The translations under genes were made by a program, and so were the position numbers. This document shows, in pieces, positions 38,492 through 46,966 of a stretch of 64,000 bases of DNA. The stretch's first letter is position 1. Each line of letters opens with the position of its first letter. Source of the stretch: an uncultured Peptostreptococcaceae bacterium (lineage in GTDB: Bacteria; Bacillota; Clostridia; Peptostreptococcales; Acidaminobacteraceae); the NCBI GenBank assembly GCA_964404895.1, contig CAYOLV010000003.1:252561-316560 (forward strand), given 5' to 3'. The notes under the pieces are model-generated. The model was given only the letters and a program-made list of their open reading frames with translations. It searched no databases and had not been told where the DNA came from.

Positions 38492-38583
38492 AAATCCAAC
38501 TCCTCTCGGTGATTAAGTATAGGGCTAATCATTTCTGTCTGTACCTGAATTGGATCCCCCTTACTTTTGAAGTTGTTTCTATT

Positions 38584-38608
38584 TTACCCGATTACAAAGG
38601 GCCTAAAC
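38584..38608 (-). promoter_or_regulatory. candidate SigB-type (general stress) promoter upstream of hpf
   Basis: Minus strand: GTTTAG (38603-38608), 13-nt spacer, GGGTAA (38584-38589). Compare the B. subtilis SigB consensus GTTTAA-N12-15-GGGTAT (from memory). Lies ~90 nt upstream of ATG 38491. Confidence 0.4.
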
Positions 38609-38637
38609 AGATTTTAATAAACTCTGCTTATTTTATT

Positions 38638-38976
38638 CTAGAGTTTGCTCACCAATGCCTCAAAACTGGTTTCAAGTTCTAAGGCGTAGGTTACCAAATG
38701 TTTTAAATCTTTAAGTCCCGCATACTTATCCATATGGACTTGTCCAATTTCTCGAACTCTTTCATGAGCTAAAAAACGCTGATAATTTGATAAAAACTCC
38801 ATATTGAGCCAATCAATTTTGTCAAAGGTACTAGACTGTTTGACAAATTCTCGTTGAGAGGTGGTGGACATCCCCGCCATCTTCTCTATAACGTATTCCA
38901 TGAGATCAATTTTCATATCTGTTATTTTAATGAGTTCCATCAATAGTCGGTTGCCATCCATAGCTTCACCACCCAC
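38638..38976 (-). CDS. hypothetical small helical protein in the FliT position (after fliS)
   Basis: 112-aa ORF immediately downstream of fliS. No recognisable motif; assigned by position only. Confidence 0.4.
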   Translation of the reverse strand: MGGEAMDGNRLLMELIKITDMKIDLMEYVIEKMAGMSTTSQREFVKQSSTFDKIDWLNMEFLSNYQRFLAHERVREIGQVHMDKYAGLKDLKHLVTYALELETSFEALVSKL

Positions 38977-39023
38977 ATCTATTCAGCATGACAAAGCGAG
39001 ACCCATATCGGGTCCCGCTATCA

Positions 39024-39482
39024 TTATAAATTCATCGCTTCTTTCCAAGCATCTCTGAGGTCTGTTGCCAAATCCAAAACATCTTTCAAAATGTCGTTGT
39101 CTTTGGTAATGTTGCTGTCAACTAAACGCTCCAGCATATAGAGGTATAAATTCTCCAAATTGTCACTGATCTCAATCTCTAAATTTAGCGTTGAACGAAG
39201 TTCTTGTAAAATAGCTTGTGCTCTAAGATTAGCGTTATTTGACTTTTCAACTGAACTTTGATCATTAAAGAGAATTGTTTGGTTTACAAATTTAACCAAT
39301 CCGTCGTACAGCATGAGCGTCAACTCTTCGGGACGGGCGTTCATAATTTTTTGTTCAAGGTAAGCATCCGATTTGCTCTTCGCTGGGTTCAAATTATTTG
39401 TTTCTAAAGCCCCGCTATCTGGATTTTGCGCAACCTGAGCCCCAACTGGCTTTTTATAGTTATAGGGATTCATTATTGCCAT
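39024..39482 (-). CDS. fliS: flagellar export chaperone FliS
   Basis: Core ARPEELTLMLYDGLVKF...LYLYMLERL is typical of FliS. It carries an extended polar N-terminus of roughly 45 aa before the conserved core. Confidence 0.85.
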   Translation of the reverse strand: MAIMNPYNYKKPVGAQVAQNPDSGALETNNLNPAKSKSDAYLEQKIMNARPEELTLMLYDGLVKFVNQTILFNDQSSVEKSNNANLRAQAILQELRSTLNLEIEISDNLENLYLYMLERLVDSNITKDNDILKDVLDLATDLRDAWKEAMNL

Positions 39483-39529
39483 AAATTTACTCTCCTTCTA
39501 CTTAACTACCACTCCGGGGCATTGACGAT

Positions 39530-39925
39530 TTATTTTTTCTTGTCAAAATAATTCCCGCTTAAGGTTGCATCTGTTCTCAAGTGATATTGGTTTGTTTTTT
39601 TCTGATTGGTTTGGAGCTTGTTTTTTTCGATACCTACTTCTCGAAGCTCCGATTGAATTTGATTTTTGAATCTTTGGAGTTCGCGGTTAATATCTTCATT
39701 GGCTTTAATCAGCCTTCGTATACACTGATCCGATCCAAGCTGGCTGATTTCAACAGGAGTCAACTGTTGTTTCAACGAATCATACTCACATAGAAGTTGG
39801 TCTCTAAACAGCAAATTACTTTCAAAAACCTCAAAATTATCGACCAAAATGGCATTATACATGATATCTGTCTTCTCTTCAATGGCCTCTAATACCCTTC
39901 TGACTTGCTGCTGATTAGGCGTCAC
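39530..39925 (-). CDS. hypothetical coiled-coil protein between fliD and fliS
   Basis: 131-aa ORF starting 5 nt after the fliD stop. Helical and charged; no motif recognised. Confidence 0.4.
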   Translation of the reverse strand: MTPNQQQVRRVLEAIEEKTDIMYNAILVDNFEVFESNLLFRDQLLCEYDSLKQQLTPVEISQLGSDQCIRRLIKANEDINRELQRFKNQIQSELREVGIEKNKLQTNQKKTNQYHLRTDATLSGNYFDKKK

Positions 39926-39929
39926 AAAA

Positions 39930-41813
39930 TCAACCTCCTAATTGGCTGGCAATACTTTTAGATTGGGATTCTAGTTTTGAAAGTGCTGTCTCCACTTTGG
40001 AAAACATCTCATAATAAGTTTTTTCTTTCTGAGTTAAATAATCTAAAAGAGTGGCAATACGATCATCGTATTCTGATATCTTCTTAGAGATTACGCTAGT
40101 GATATCACTTAAGTCGTTTTTTACACCTGCAGATTCAACTAGAGCTCCTTTTTTCCCATTACTGTCACGAGTGGTTCTTACAGCGTCCTGAATAATGTCA
40201 TATATTCTATTTCCAAGACCATTTTCTTTATAACGTTCAGTAACACCGTCTTTTTCAAGATAAGCCTTATCTGATTCGCTTGAAAAGAGTTTAACTACAT
40301 CTGCGTAGTTGTTTTCAATAGCACTTTTTAACTTTGTCTCATCTGTTATAATAAGTTTTCCATTTTCTTTATAGTTGGATGATGTTTCAATACCCATCTG
40401 AGCAAGAGTCATCCCTGTACCTTCAACTGCATCAGAAAGCGCTCGACGCATTTTTGTCATTACATTTTCCAAATCTGTATGGTTTTTAAGTACACCACTT
40501 TTCGATTTAGACTCCCACAGTTTAATCTGATCATCGGTCATTGCTTCCTTTTGTTCATCTGTCAATGGCAGGTAACTACGATACACCTTTTCAGTTGTTT
40601 TTCCATAAACCGATTCAATCAAGCCATTATAAACTTCGATAAAGCTCTTAATTTTAGTGACAACATCTGCCGTATTAACTTTAAAATTAAATTTAATTGG
40701 ACCATCTGCTAGAGCATGCTCCCCATTCAAGGTAACGGTAGCACCATCGATTGTAAAGGTGTTTTCAGACTTTACAACTTGAACACCATTAATCGATAAA
40801 ATAGCATCATTTGCAGCTTCATGAGTACCACCTGACATTTTCAGTTTAGTGGTAAACTCAGTGCTAAGTGTAACTGCATTTGCAGACCCTTCTTTTGAAG
40901 AAATCACCTTAAACTTATCCGACAAACTGTCGTAATAGAAGTTTGCACCCACACCTGCAGCATTTATTTTTGAAGACATTTTACTAATGCTGTCTGTGGA
41001 TAAAACGCCCATATCCGTCAAGCTCTTGCCGTTAATGGTCATGGTCTTCAAATCTTCGTCAGTTAAACTCATTAAGGTGCCTACAGACTTACTTAAATAA
41101 GCCTGGCTACTCACACCAGAAGAAACACCCAGCCAAGTCATCGAGTCAGCAAACCCGGTTTGTTCAATGAGCGAAACCGCACTTCCTGCTGATCGCAGTT
41201 TAAGTTGATTGCCTTCAACGCTGGCAACATTGGTATAGCTCGCGCCAAACTCACTTGCAATTTCTGTATTTAATGCATCCTTAAAACTGTTCAAGTCCAC
41301 AATAGCAGGATTACTCATGTCAATTTCAATTGTTTTTGAATTTGATCCAATGGCCATAGTCGCCTTAAAAATCGCGGGTTTTCCATCTGTGAAATTTGTC
41401 CCCGATACAAGGTCTTTACTCAGTATAGCATCTAAATTTAAAGTTTCACTTTTATAGGTATCTTTTGTAGCAAGCTGAGTAATATATTCAATTTGTTGAC
41501 TAAAACTCTGAAGATCTGAATTTCCCGTTACCGAAACTTTCGTACTTGCCGCCCCATTTACAGTTACAGAGGTCGTAAACTGAGAAAACAAAGATGCTGA
41601 TCTAAAGTTACTATTGGGTTTAAGAACATTAAAATATTCAGATTTTATAGCATTCATTTGATCTACAATTGTTCTATATGCTTCTTGTTCCCATACTTTA
41701 TATTGTTTATTCTGCTGAACTTTATACAGTTTAGTTTTTTCTGCCTCCATTAACTGGGTGACCATTGCTTCGGAATCGAAGCTCGTAAGTCCAGATACTC
41801 TATTTACTGCCAT
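39930..41813 (-). CDS. fliD: flagellar filament capping protein FliD
   Basis: N-terminal MAVNRVSGLTSFDSEAMVTQLMEAEK and a C-terminal coiled coil (YYEMFSKVETALSKLESQ), as in FliD. Start ATG 41813 with GGAGGT 7 nt upstream; the track start 41828 is a TTG. Confidence 0.9.
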   Translation of the reverse strand: MAVNRVSGLTSFDSEAMVTQLMEAEKTKLYKVQQNKQYKVWEQEAYRTIVDQMNAIKSEYFNVLKPNSNFRSASLFSQFTTSVTVNGAASTKVSVTGNSDLQSFSQQIEYITQLATKDTYKSETLNLDAILSKDLVSGTNFTDGKPAIFKATMAIGSNSKTIEIDMSNPAIVDLNSFKDALNTEIASEFGASYTNVASVEGNQLKLRSAGSAVSLIEQTGFADSMTWLGVSSGVSSQAYLSKSVGTLMSLTDEDLKTMTINGKSLTDMGVLSTDSISKMSSKINAAGVGANFYYDSLSDKFKVISSKEGSANAVTLSTEFTTKLKMSGGTHEAANDAILSINGVQVVKSENTFTIDGATVTLNGEHALADGPIKFNFKVNTADVVTKIKSFIEVYNGLIESVYGKTTEKVYRSYLPLTDEQKEAMTDDQIKLWESKSKSGVLKNHTDLENVMTKMRRALSDAVEGTGMTLAQMGIETSSNYKENGKLIITDETKLKSAIENNYADVVKLFSSESDKAYLEKDGVTERYKENGLGNRIYDIIQDAVRTTRDSNGKKGALVESAGVKNDLSDITSVISKKISEYDDRIATLLDYLTQKEKTYYEMFSKVETALSKLESQSKSIASQLGG

Positions 41814-41869
41814 GCTTAACACCTCCAAATTAAAATAAGTGTCATTATCTTACTTCTCTATATTATGCA

Positions 41870-42289
41870 TCAAGCCCGTTTATCTACAAATAGACCTGCT
41901 AATTCCCACATTTTCGCAATCATATCTTGTATTTTTTTAGGTGGGAACTCCATAATAACTTCGTTTGTTTTCGTGTCACGAAGTGTATACATAATTGTTT
42001 TAGTGACTTCATGAACCTGCATTTCAAGTTTCCTATCATATAACTTAAGAGACTGATTTGCCTGTTCAACTGACTTGTCCAGCAGCTCATTGCGTTGTTC
42101 TTCTGTTGTGTCTTCAGTACTCTGAACTTCGTACTTATCACTTGAAATAGGTACATATTCATCGTTGATGGTAGGTGTCGTGTTTGTTTCTGCGTTTTTT
42201 TCTAAGTTTACCGCATTAGATTTGGCCTGAACATGTTGATGGGTTTGAATTGTTTGATTAATGTTAACCGTATTGATTTTCATAATCAT
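41870..42289 (-). CDS. flaG: flagellar protein FlaG
   Basis: 139 aa with the C-terminal FlaG pattern (LEMQVHEVTKTIMYTLRDTKTNEVIMEFPPKKIQDM). Located directly upstream of fliD. Confidence 0.8.
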   Translation of the reverse strand: MIMKINTVNINQTIQTHQHVQAKSNAVNLEKNAETNTTPTINDEYVPISSDKYEVQSTEDTTEEQRNELLDKSVEQANQSLKLYDRKLEMQVHEVTKTIMYTLRDTKTNEVIMEFPPKKIQDMIAKMWELAGLFVDKRA

Positions 42290-42319
42290 TCCCCTCCTTG
42301 GGCACTTCTATCTAGTATA

Positions 42320-42346
42320 TTATCGGTAAAAATTCTGAAAACTTAA
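42320..42346 (-). promoter_or_regulatory. candidate SigD/sigma-28 promoter for flaG-fliD-fliS
   Basis: Minus strand: TTAA (42343-42346), 15-nt spacer, ACCGATAA (42320-42327), compared with TAAA-N15-GCCGATAT. Lies ~30 nt upstream of flaG ATG 42289. Confidence 0.5.
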
Positions 42347-42358
42347 ATCAACGTTTTG

Positions 42359-43090
42359 CTATAGTAATTGTTTTTTATCTACTTCACGAACTTTCTTTGC
42401 TGGTGAGCCCATATAAACTTGTCTAGCTTCAAGATCTTTGGATACCAAACTGCCTGCTGCCACTAAAGCTTCTTCTCCAATAACCTTCCCAGGCAAAACA
42501 GTTACCTGTGCACCTAATCTGGCTCCTTGTTTAAGGGTCACACCTTTAAAATGATTGAACCGTTCTGAGTCACGCCCTACATAGTTATCGTTTGACGTCA
42601 CTACCCCTGGCGCTACAAAAATATCATCTTCCAGAGTAGAATAGGCTGTAATGTAAGCATTGGTTTCAATTTTACAACGGCTACCTATTGTACACCAATT
42701 TTCAATGGTTGCATTTCTGCCTATAATATTTTTATCCCCTAAAGTTACGTTTTCACGTATGGAGGCATAGTCTGCAACCAGACAATGTTCACCAAGTTTA
42801 CAATTTGCATAAATAATCGTATGTGTCCCTATAATACAACCCTCTCCAATCACACAAGGGGGTTGTTTTTCACTTGAGCTGGTTACTGATGTAATAGCTT
42901 TCATCGGTTGTTTACCAATTACAGCGTGGTCATCAATCCGAATATTTTTACCAAAATGACTACCCTCATGAATCACAACATGATGTCCAATCACACAGCC
43001 TTCATCTATGCTTACATTGGCTCCAATTACTGCAAATTCACCAATCACTACACTTTTATGAATGGTTGCCGTACTGTGAATCTTATGCAT
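42359..43090 (-). CDS. left-handed beta-helix (hexapeptide) N-acetyltransferase, WbpD/WlbB-like by context
   Basis: 243 aa with long runs of hexapeptide repeats (IGEFAVIGANVSIDEGCVIGHHVVIHEGSHFG...). Overlaps the WbpB-like gene by 8 nt. Confidence 0.6.
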   Translation of the reverse strand: MHKIHSTATIHKSVVIGEFAVIGANVSIDEGCVIGHHVVIHEGSHFGKNIRIDDHAVIGKQPMKAITSVTSSSEKQPPCVIGEGCIIGTHTIIYANCKLGEHCLVADYASIRENVTLGDKNIIGRNATIENWCTIGSRCKIETNAYITAYSTLEDDIFVAPGVVTSNDNYVGRDSERFNHFKGVTLKQGARLGAQVTVLPGKVIGEEALVAAGSLVSKDLEARQVYMGSPAKKVREVDKKQLL

Positions 43091-44204
43091 GATTGATCAC
43101 CTCAATTGCCTCAATAGTGGCATATCTAAAGTTCTTCATTTCAATCAAACGACTTTCTTTTTGAGACCGGTAAGCTGCCAAAATAACATTCATAGCACGA
43201 GCAGCGCTGACTGCATCACATACAAGGCTTTCGCCTAACACAATGGCATTGTATAAGTTATAGTAAAGTTTAGCATGTCCATTGCCATAGACACTGTCAA
43301 TAGTATCATGAAGATTCAAGATCTGCTCATCGCTTTCCTCAACACTTTTAAACTGCCAATTTTGAACTTGATTCACTGCTAAGCCCCCAATGACAACCGT
43401 ACCCGTCTCCCCGAAGATGCTCAGAGTTTCTTCAAGGTTTTGTGGATAAACACAAGCACTGCCTTCAACAATACCAATCGCACCACTTTCGAATCTCAAC
43501 ACAATTGCTCCGAAATCTTCCATTTCAATATTGCGCAAGAATGTTCCAGTCTGAGCGTATACTGTTTTTACAGGAGAATCCATCATCCATAGTAGTAAAT
43601 CAATATTATGAATACATTGATTCATAAGGGTTCCACCATCCATAAGAGCAGTTCCACGCCAAGGGGCTTGCTGGTAATAATTTTGATCTCTTGTCCATAA
43701 AATTCGAGCAGTGCCATTTATTTTTCTGCCAAATCGATTGGTTTCAACAGCTGCTCTAAGGGCTTGAATAGGTGGATTAAATCTATTTTGATGACACACA
43801 CTGAGAACGAGACCTTTTTCCTTCGCTTTGGTAATCATCTCTTCAGCGTGTTCGGTAGAAAGAGCAATAGGTTTTTCAACGAGTACATGTCGTCCAGATT
43901 CTAACAATATCATCACATGATTAAAATGGTTCCCGCTTTCGGTAGCAACTATACCTATATCAAAATTTTCTTCTTGAATCATTTCCAAGTAATCTTCATA
44001 AACACTAGGCAAATTCTTCGCGCTAAATCCTTTATCCTTTAAATGTTTCTCGTAACTCTCTTTTTTATTTTGGGCACGGAGTAAATCTACATCACAAAGT
44101 GCTACCAGCTCGTATTTTTCAAAGAGGTCTGTTAAGGCTTCAATATGCTTGATTGCTATTCGACCGCATCCGATTAGGGCTACGCGTATTTTTTTTTGAT
44201 CCAT
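43083..44204 (-). CDS. Gfo/Idh/MocA-family oxidoreductase, WbpB/WlbA-like (UDP-GlcNAcA 3-dehydrogenase) by context
   Basis: N-terminal Rossmann IRVALIGCGRIA and EKP motif (VLVEKPIAL). Confidence 0.6.
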   Translation of the reverse strand: MDQKKIRVALIGCGRIAIKHIEALTDLFEKYELVALCDVDLLRAQNKKESYEKHLKDKGFSAKNLPSVYEDYLEMIQEENFDIGIVATESGNHFNHVMILLESGRHVLVEKPIALSTEHAEEMITKAKEKGLVLSVCHQNRFNPPIQALRAAVETNRFGRKINGTARILWTRDQNYYQQAPWRGTALMDGGTLMNQCIHNIDLLLWMMDSPVKTVYAQTGTFLRNIEMEDFGAIVLRFESGAIGIVEGSACVYPQNLEETLSIFGETGTVVIGGLAVNQVQNWQFKSVEESDEQILNLHDTIDSVYGNGHAKLYYNLYNAIVLGESLVCDAVSAARAMNVILAAYRSQKESRLIEMKNFRYATIEAIEVINHA

Positions 44205-44226
44205 CGGTATGCCTCCTTTAAAATTA

Positions 44227-45537
44227 CTACAACCTATTTATTTTTACCCTATTTTCGAGAACTGACTCGGTTCCGTTTTTTGTATCAAATAGTAATGGTG
44301 CATGATTGACAATCCATTGATAATCTAAATAGCTGTGTTTGGTGGTGATAACAACCAAATCCGCTTCTGCGAGAAGACTTTCAGTCAACTTTTGAGAATT
44401 ATAGACAATGTCCTGATGTGTAAAGCTGGGGATATAATCGTCGTGGTAAACAACCTTAGCACCTTCATTTTCTAAATGCTCAATGACTTTCAACACAGGA
44501 GATTCACGAAGATCATCAATGTCTTGCTTATAAGCCGCACCTATCAGCAGAACTTTAGAACCATTCATGGCTTTTTTTTCTTTGTTCAAAAGGCGCATCA
44601 TCCTCGTAACAGTATATTCTGGCATGTATTCATTAACTTGTGCTGCCGATTCAATCAGTTTGGCATGAAAGTCAAACTCCTTAGCTTTCCATGTTAAATA
44701 AAAAGGATCAATGGGAATACAGTGTCCACCCAACCCTGGCCCTGGATAAAAAGCTTGGAAGCCATAAGGTTTGGTTTTTGCTGCGTTAATGACTTCCCAA
44801 ATATCAATTTTCATCTTTTCACAAAGGATAGCCAGTTCATTTACAAGGGCAATATTTACATTTCTGTATGTGTTTTCAAGAATTTTTTCCATTTCAGCCA
44901 CTTCTGGTGAACTAACTTGATGAATTTCTCCATCTAAGACACTTCTATAAATGCTGGCTGCAAGTTGACCACATGCGTCAGTCATGCCTCCAACGACTTT
45001 TGGTGTATTTTTAGTATTGTAGAGTTTATTCCCTGGATCTACTCTTTCAGGCGAGAACGCGAGAAAGAACGTTTCACCTAGGATATACCCACATTCTTCA
45101 AATATTGGAAGAAGAACCTCGCGAGTCGTTCCCGGATAAGTTGTGCTCTCTAATACTACCAATGTATTTTCCTTCATGTATTTAGCAATAGCTTTAGAAG
45201 AAGACTCTACATAGGAAATATCTGGCTGATGGTGTGCGTCTAGCGGAGTTGGTACGCAGATCATCACTGCATCCACTTCAGCTATTTTTGAATAGTCAGG
45301 TGTAGCAATTAGACTTCCCTCCTGAATAATTTTTGTAAGGTTCGCATCTACTACGTCGCCAATATAGTTAATTCCTTTGTTGACCATTTCGCAACGACTT
45401 TCCTGAATATCAAATCCAATGACTTTGAAACCCGCTAAGGCTTTTTCTACTGCTAAAGGCAGTCCTACATAGCCAAGCCCCACTACACCAATAACAGCTG
45501 TTTTATTTTCAATTTTTTTCATCAATACGTTAAACAT
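44227..45537 (-). CDS. UDP-N-acetyl-hexosamine 6-dehydrogenase (nucleotide-sugar dehydrogenase, WbpA/WecC/Cap5O-like)
   Basis: IGVVGLGYVGLPLA Rossmann and catalytic GPGLGGHCIPIDP motif; 436 aa. Confidence 0.75.
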   Translation of the reverse strand: MFNVLMKKIENKTAVIGVVGLGYVGLPLAVEKALAGFKVIGFDIQESRCEMVNKGINYIGDVVDANLTKIIQEGSLIATPDYSKIAEVDAVMICVPTPLDAHHQPDISYVESSSKAIAKYMKENTLVVLESTTYPGTTREVLLPIFEECGYILGETFFLAFSPERVDPGNKLYNTKNTPKVVGGMTDACGQLAASIYRSVLDGEIHQVSSPEVAEMEKILENTYRNVNIALVNELAILCEKMKIDIWEVINAAKTKPYGFQAFYPGPGLGGHCIPIDPFYLTWKAKEFDFHAKLIESAAQVNEYMPEYTVTRMMRLLNKEKKAMNGSKVLLIGAAYKQDIDDLRESPVLKVIEHLENEGAKVVYHDDYIPSFTHQDIVYNSQKLTESLLAEADLVVITTKHSYLDYQWIVNHAPLLFDTKNGTESVLENRVKINRL

Positions 45538-45554
45538 ATATTCGCCTCCTTACT

Positions 45555-46667
45555 CTAAAGTTTCTTATAAAAAGCTATAATAGCTTCAATTACGCGATCC
45601 TGATCTTCGTTAGAAAGAGAGGGGTACATTGGAAGAGCCAATGCACGTTCCGCCAAGCGCTCTGTGACTGGAAAATCACCCTTTTGATAACCCAGATAAA
45701 GTAATGCTTTTTGGAGATGTAAAGGAATGGCATAATAGACAGCTGTCGAAATTTCAAGATCATCAAGGTAGGCTGTCAAATCATTTCGATTTTCAACCAT
45801 AAGACTGTAAATATGATAGACACTTTTACCTTTAAGGGTTTCTTTAGGCGTTTGAATCTCTTTTATTTCTTTGAATGCAGCATTGTACCTAGCCGCAATC
45901 TCTCTACGGCGATTATTCCACTTTTCCAAATAAGGCAGCTTCACATTCAATATAGCTGCTTGAAGTTCATCTAAGCGGGAATTATATCCAATAATTTCAT
46001 TTTGATATTTAACTTTTTGTCCATGAAATCTGAGCATTCGAATTTTTTCAGCTAATTCTGTGTCGTCAGTCGTTATGAGTCCACCATCTCCAAAGCCACC
46101 TAAGTTCTTTGTAGGGAAAAAGGAGAAGCACCCAATGTGTCCCGCTCCGCCAATCATAGTTCCATCATAGGAAGCTCCTATTGCTTGACAGGCATCTTCT
46201 ATGACGTATAAGCCATACTCTTTAGCAATTTGTGCTATACTGTCGACATCTACCGGATTGCCAAAAATATGAACGTTCATAATAGCCTTTGTTTTAGGAG
46301 TTATAACCGCTCTTACTGCCTCTGGGTCGATGTTATATGTATCTGCCTTTACATCTGCAAATACTGGTTTTGCCCCTACTCTGCAAATAGTTTCAGCTGA
46401 GGCAAAAAAGGTAAACGGAGTTGTTATAACCTCATCTTCTGGCCCGATACCTAAAGCATCAAGTGCAAGTACCAATGCATCGGTTCCGTTAGCTACACCA
46501 ATGGCATGCTCCACATTCAGATAGTTCGCTATATCTTTTTCAACACGCTTCACTTCTTCGCCCAATATATAGTTTTCCTTATTCAGAACCTTTGAAAGAG
46601 CTGCTTCAAATTGGCTTTGAGAGATTGTCTCCTTACAGGAAATATTGATGACAGGTATATGTTTCAT
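45555..46667 (-). CDS. DegT/DnrJ/EryC1/StrS-family PLP aminotransferase, WbpE/WlbC-like by context
   Basis: 370 aa with GVANGTDALVLAL, SFFPTKNLGGFGDGG (PLP lysine region) and RFHGQ. Confidence 0.75.
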   Translation of the reverse strand: MKHIPVINISCKETISQSQFEAALSKVLNKENYILGEEVKRVEKDIANYLNVEHAIGVANGTDALVLALDALGIGPEDEVITTPFTFFASAETICRVGAKPVFADVKADTYNIDPEAVRAVITPKTKAIMNVHIFGNPVDVDSIAQIAKEYGLYVIEDACQAIGASYDGTMIGGAGHIGCFSFFPTKNLGGFGDGGLITTDDTELAEKIRMLRFHGQKVKYQNEIIGYNSRLDELQAAILNVKLPYLEKWNNRRREIAARYNAAFKEIKEIQTPKETLKGKSVYHIYSLMVENRNDLTAYLDDLEISTAVYYAIPLHLQKALLYLGYQKGDFPVTERLAERALALPMYPSLSNEDQDRVIEAIIAFYKKL

Positions 46668-46855
46668 AGATGGCTTCCTCCTTAATTAAGTGTTACTAAT
46701 AAAAAAGGACAGTTGTTCTTAAACAGCCCCTCGGATTTTATTGACTACTATGAGTTTATTAATTAATCTGATAAATATGATAGTTAATAGTAGCCTTCGA
46801 TAACTCTATTAATTTTTATAATTATGCTCTAATTTGGCAAAACTATCTACAAATA

Positions 46856-46882
46856 ATATCGGATGGTAATTAGAATAGTTTA
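46856..46882 (-). promoter_or_regulatory. candidate SigD/sigma-28 promoter for the four-gene Wbp-like sugar operon
   Basis: Minus strand: TAAA (46879-46882), exactly 15 nt, TCCGATAT (46856-46863). One mismatch to TAAA-N15-GCCGATAT. Lies ~190 nt upstream of ATG 46667. Confidence 0.6.
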
Positions 46883-46966
46883 ATGCTAAAACACTTATTC
46901 ACTCAGGTTTTTAGTTTTTATGTCGATAAAGATAATATAGTTTTATATACCAAAAGGAGAATCAAC

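Noticed and set aside
40995-41003. Perfect DnaA box TGTGGATAA inside fliD
   Set aside because: It is isolated with no neighbouring boxes, consistent with chance occurrence in a 64-kb AT-leaning window.
42329-42343. CodY-like motif AAAATTCTGAAAACT within the flaG sigma-28 promoter spacer
   Set aside because: It has three mismatches to the consensus in AT-rich sequence. It is suggestive, since CodY represses motility genes in Bacillus, but is below what I can defend by eye.
43441-43449. Perfect DnaA box TGTGGATAA inside the WbpB-like gene
   Set aside because: It is isolated and intragenic, so treated as chance. It is noted because it calibrates the background for the tsaD cluster.
46685-46905. 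Inverted repeat (TAAGTGTT 46691-46698 / AACACTTA 46891-46898) flanking the sigma-28 promoter; possible invertible flagellar switch
   Set aside because: Only ~8 bp are perfectly inverted (about 10 with mismatches), in AT-rich DNA. No site-specific recombinase is nearby. That is too weak compared with known ~20-bp switch repeats.
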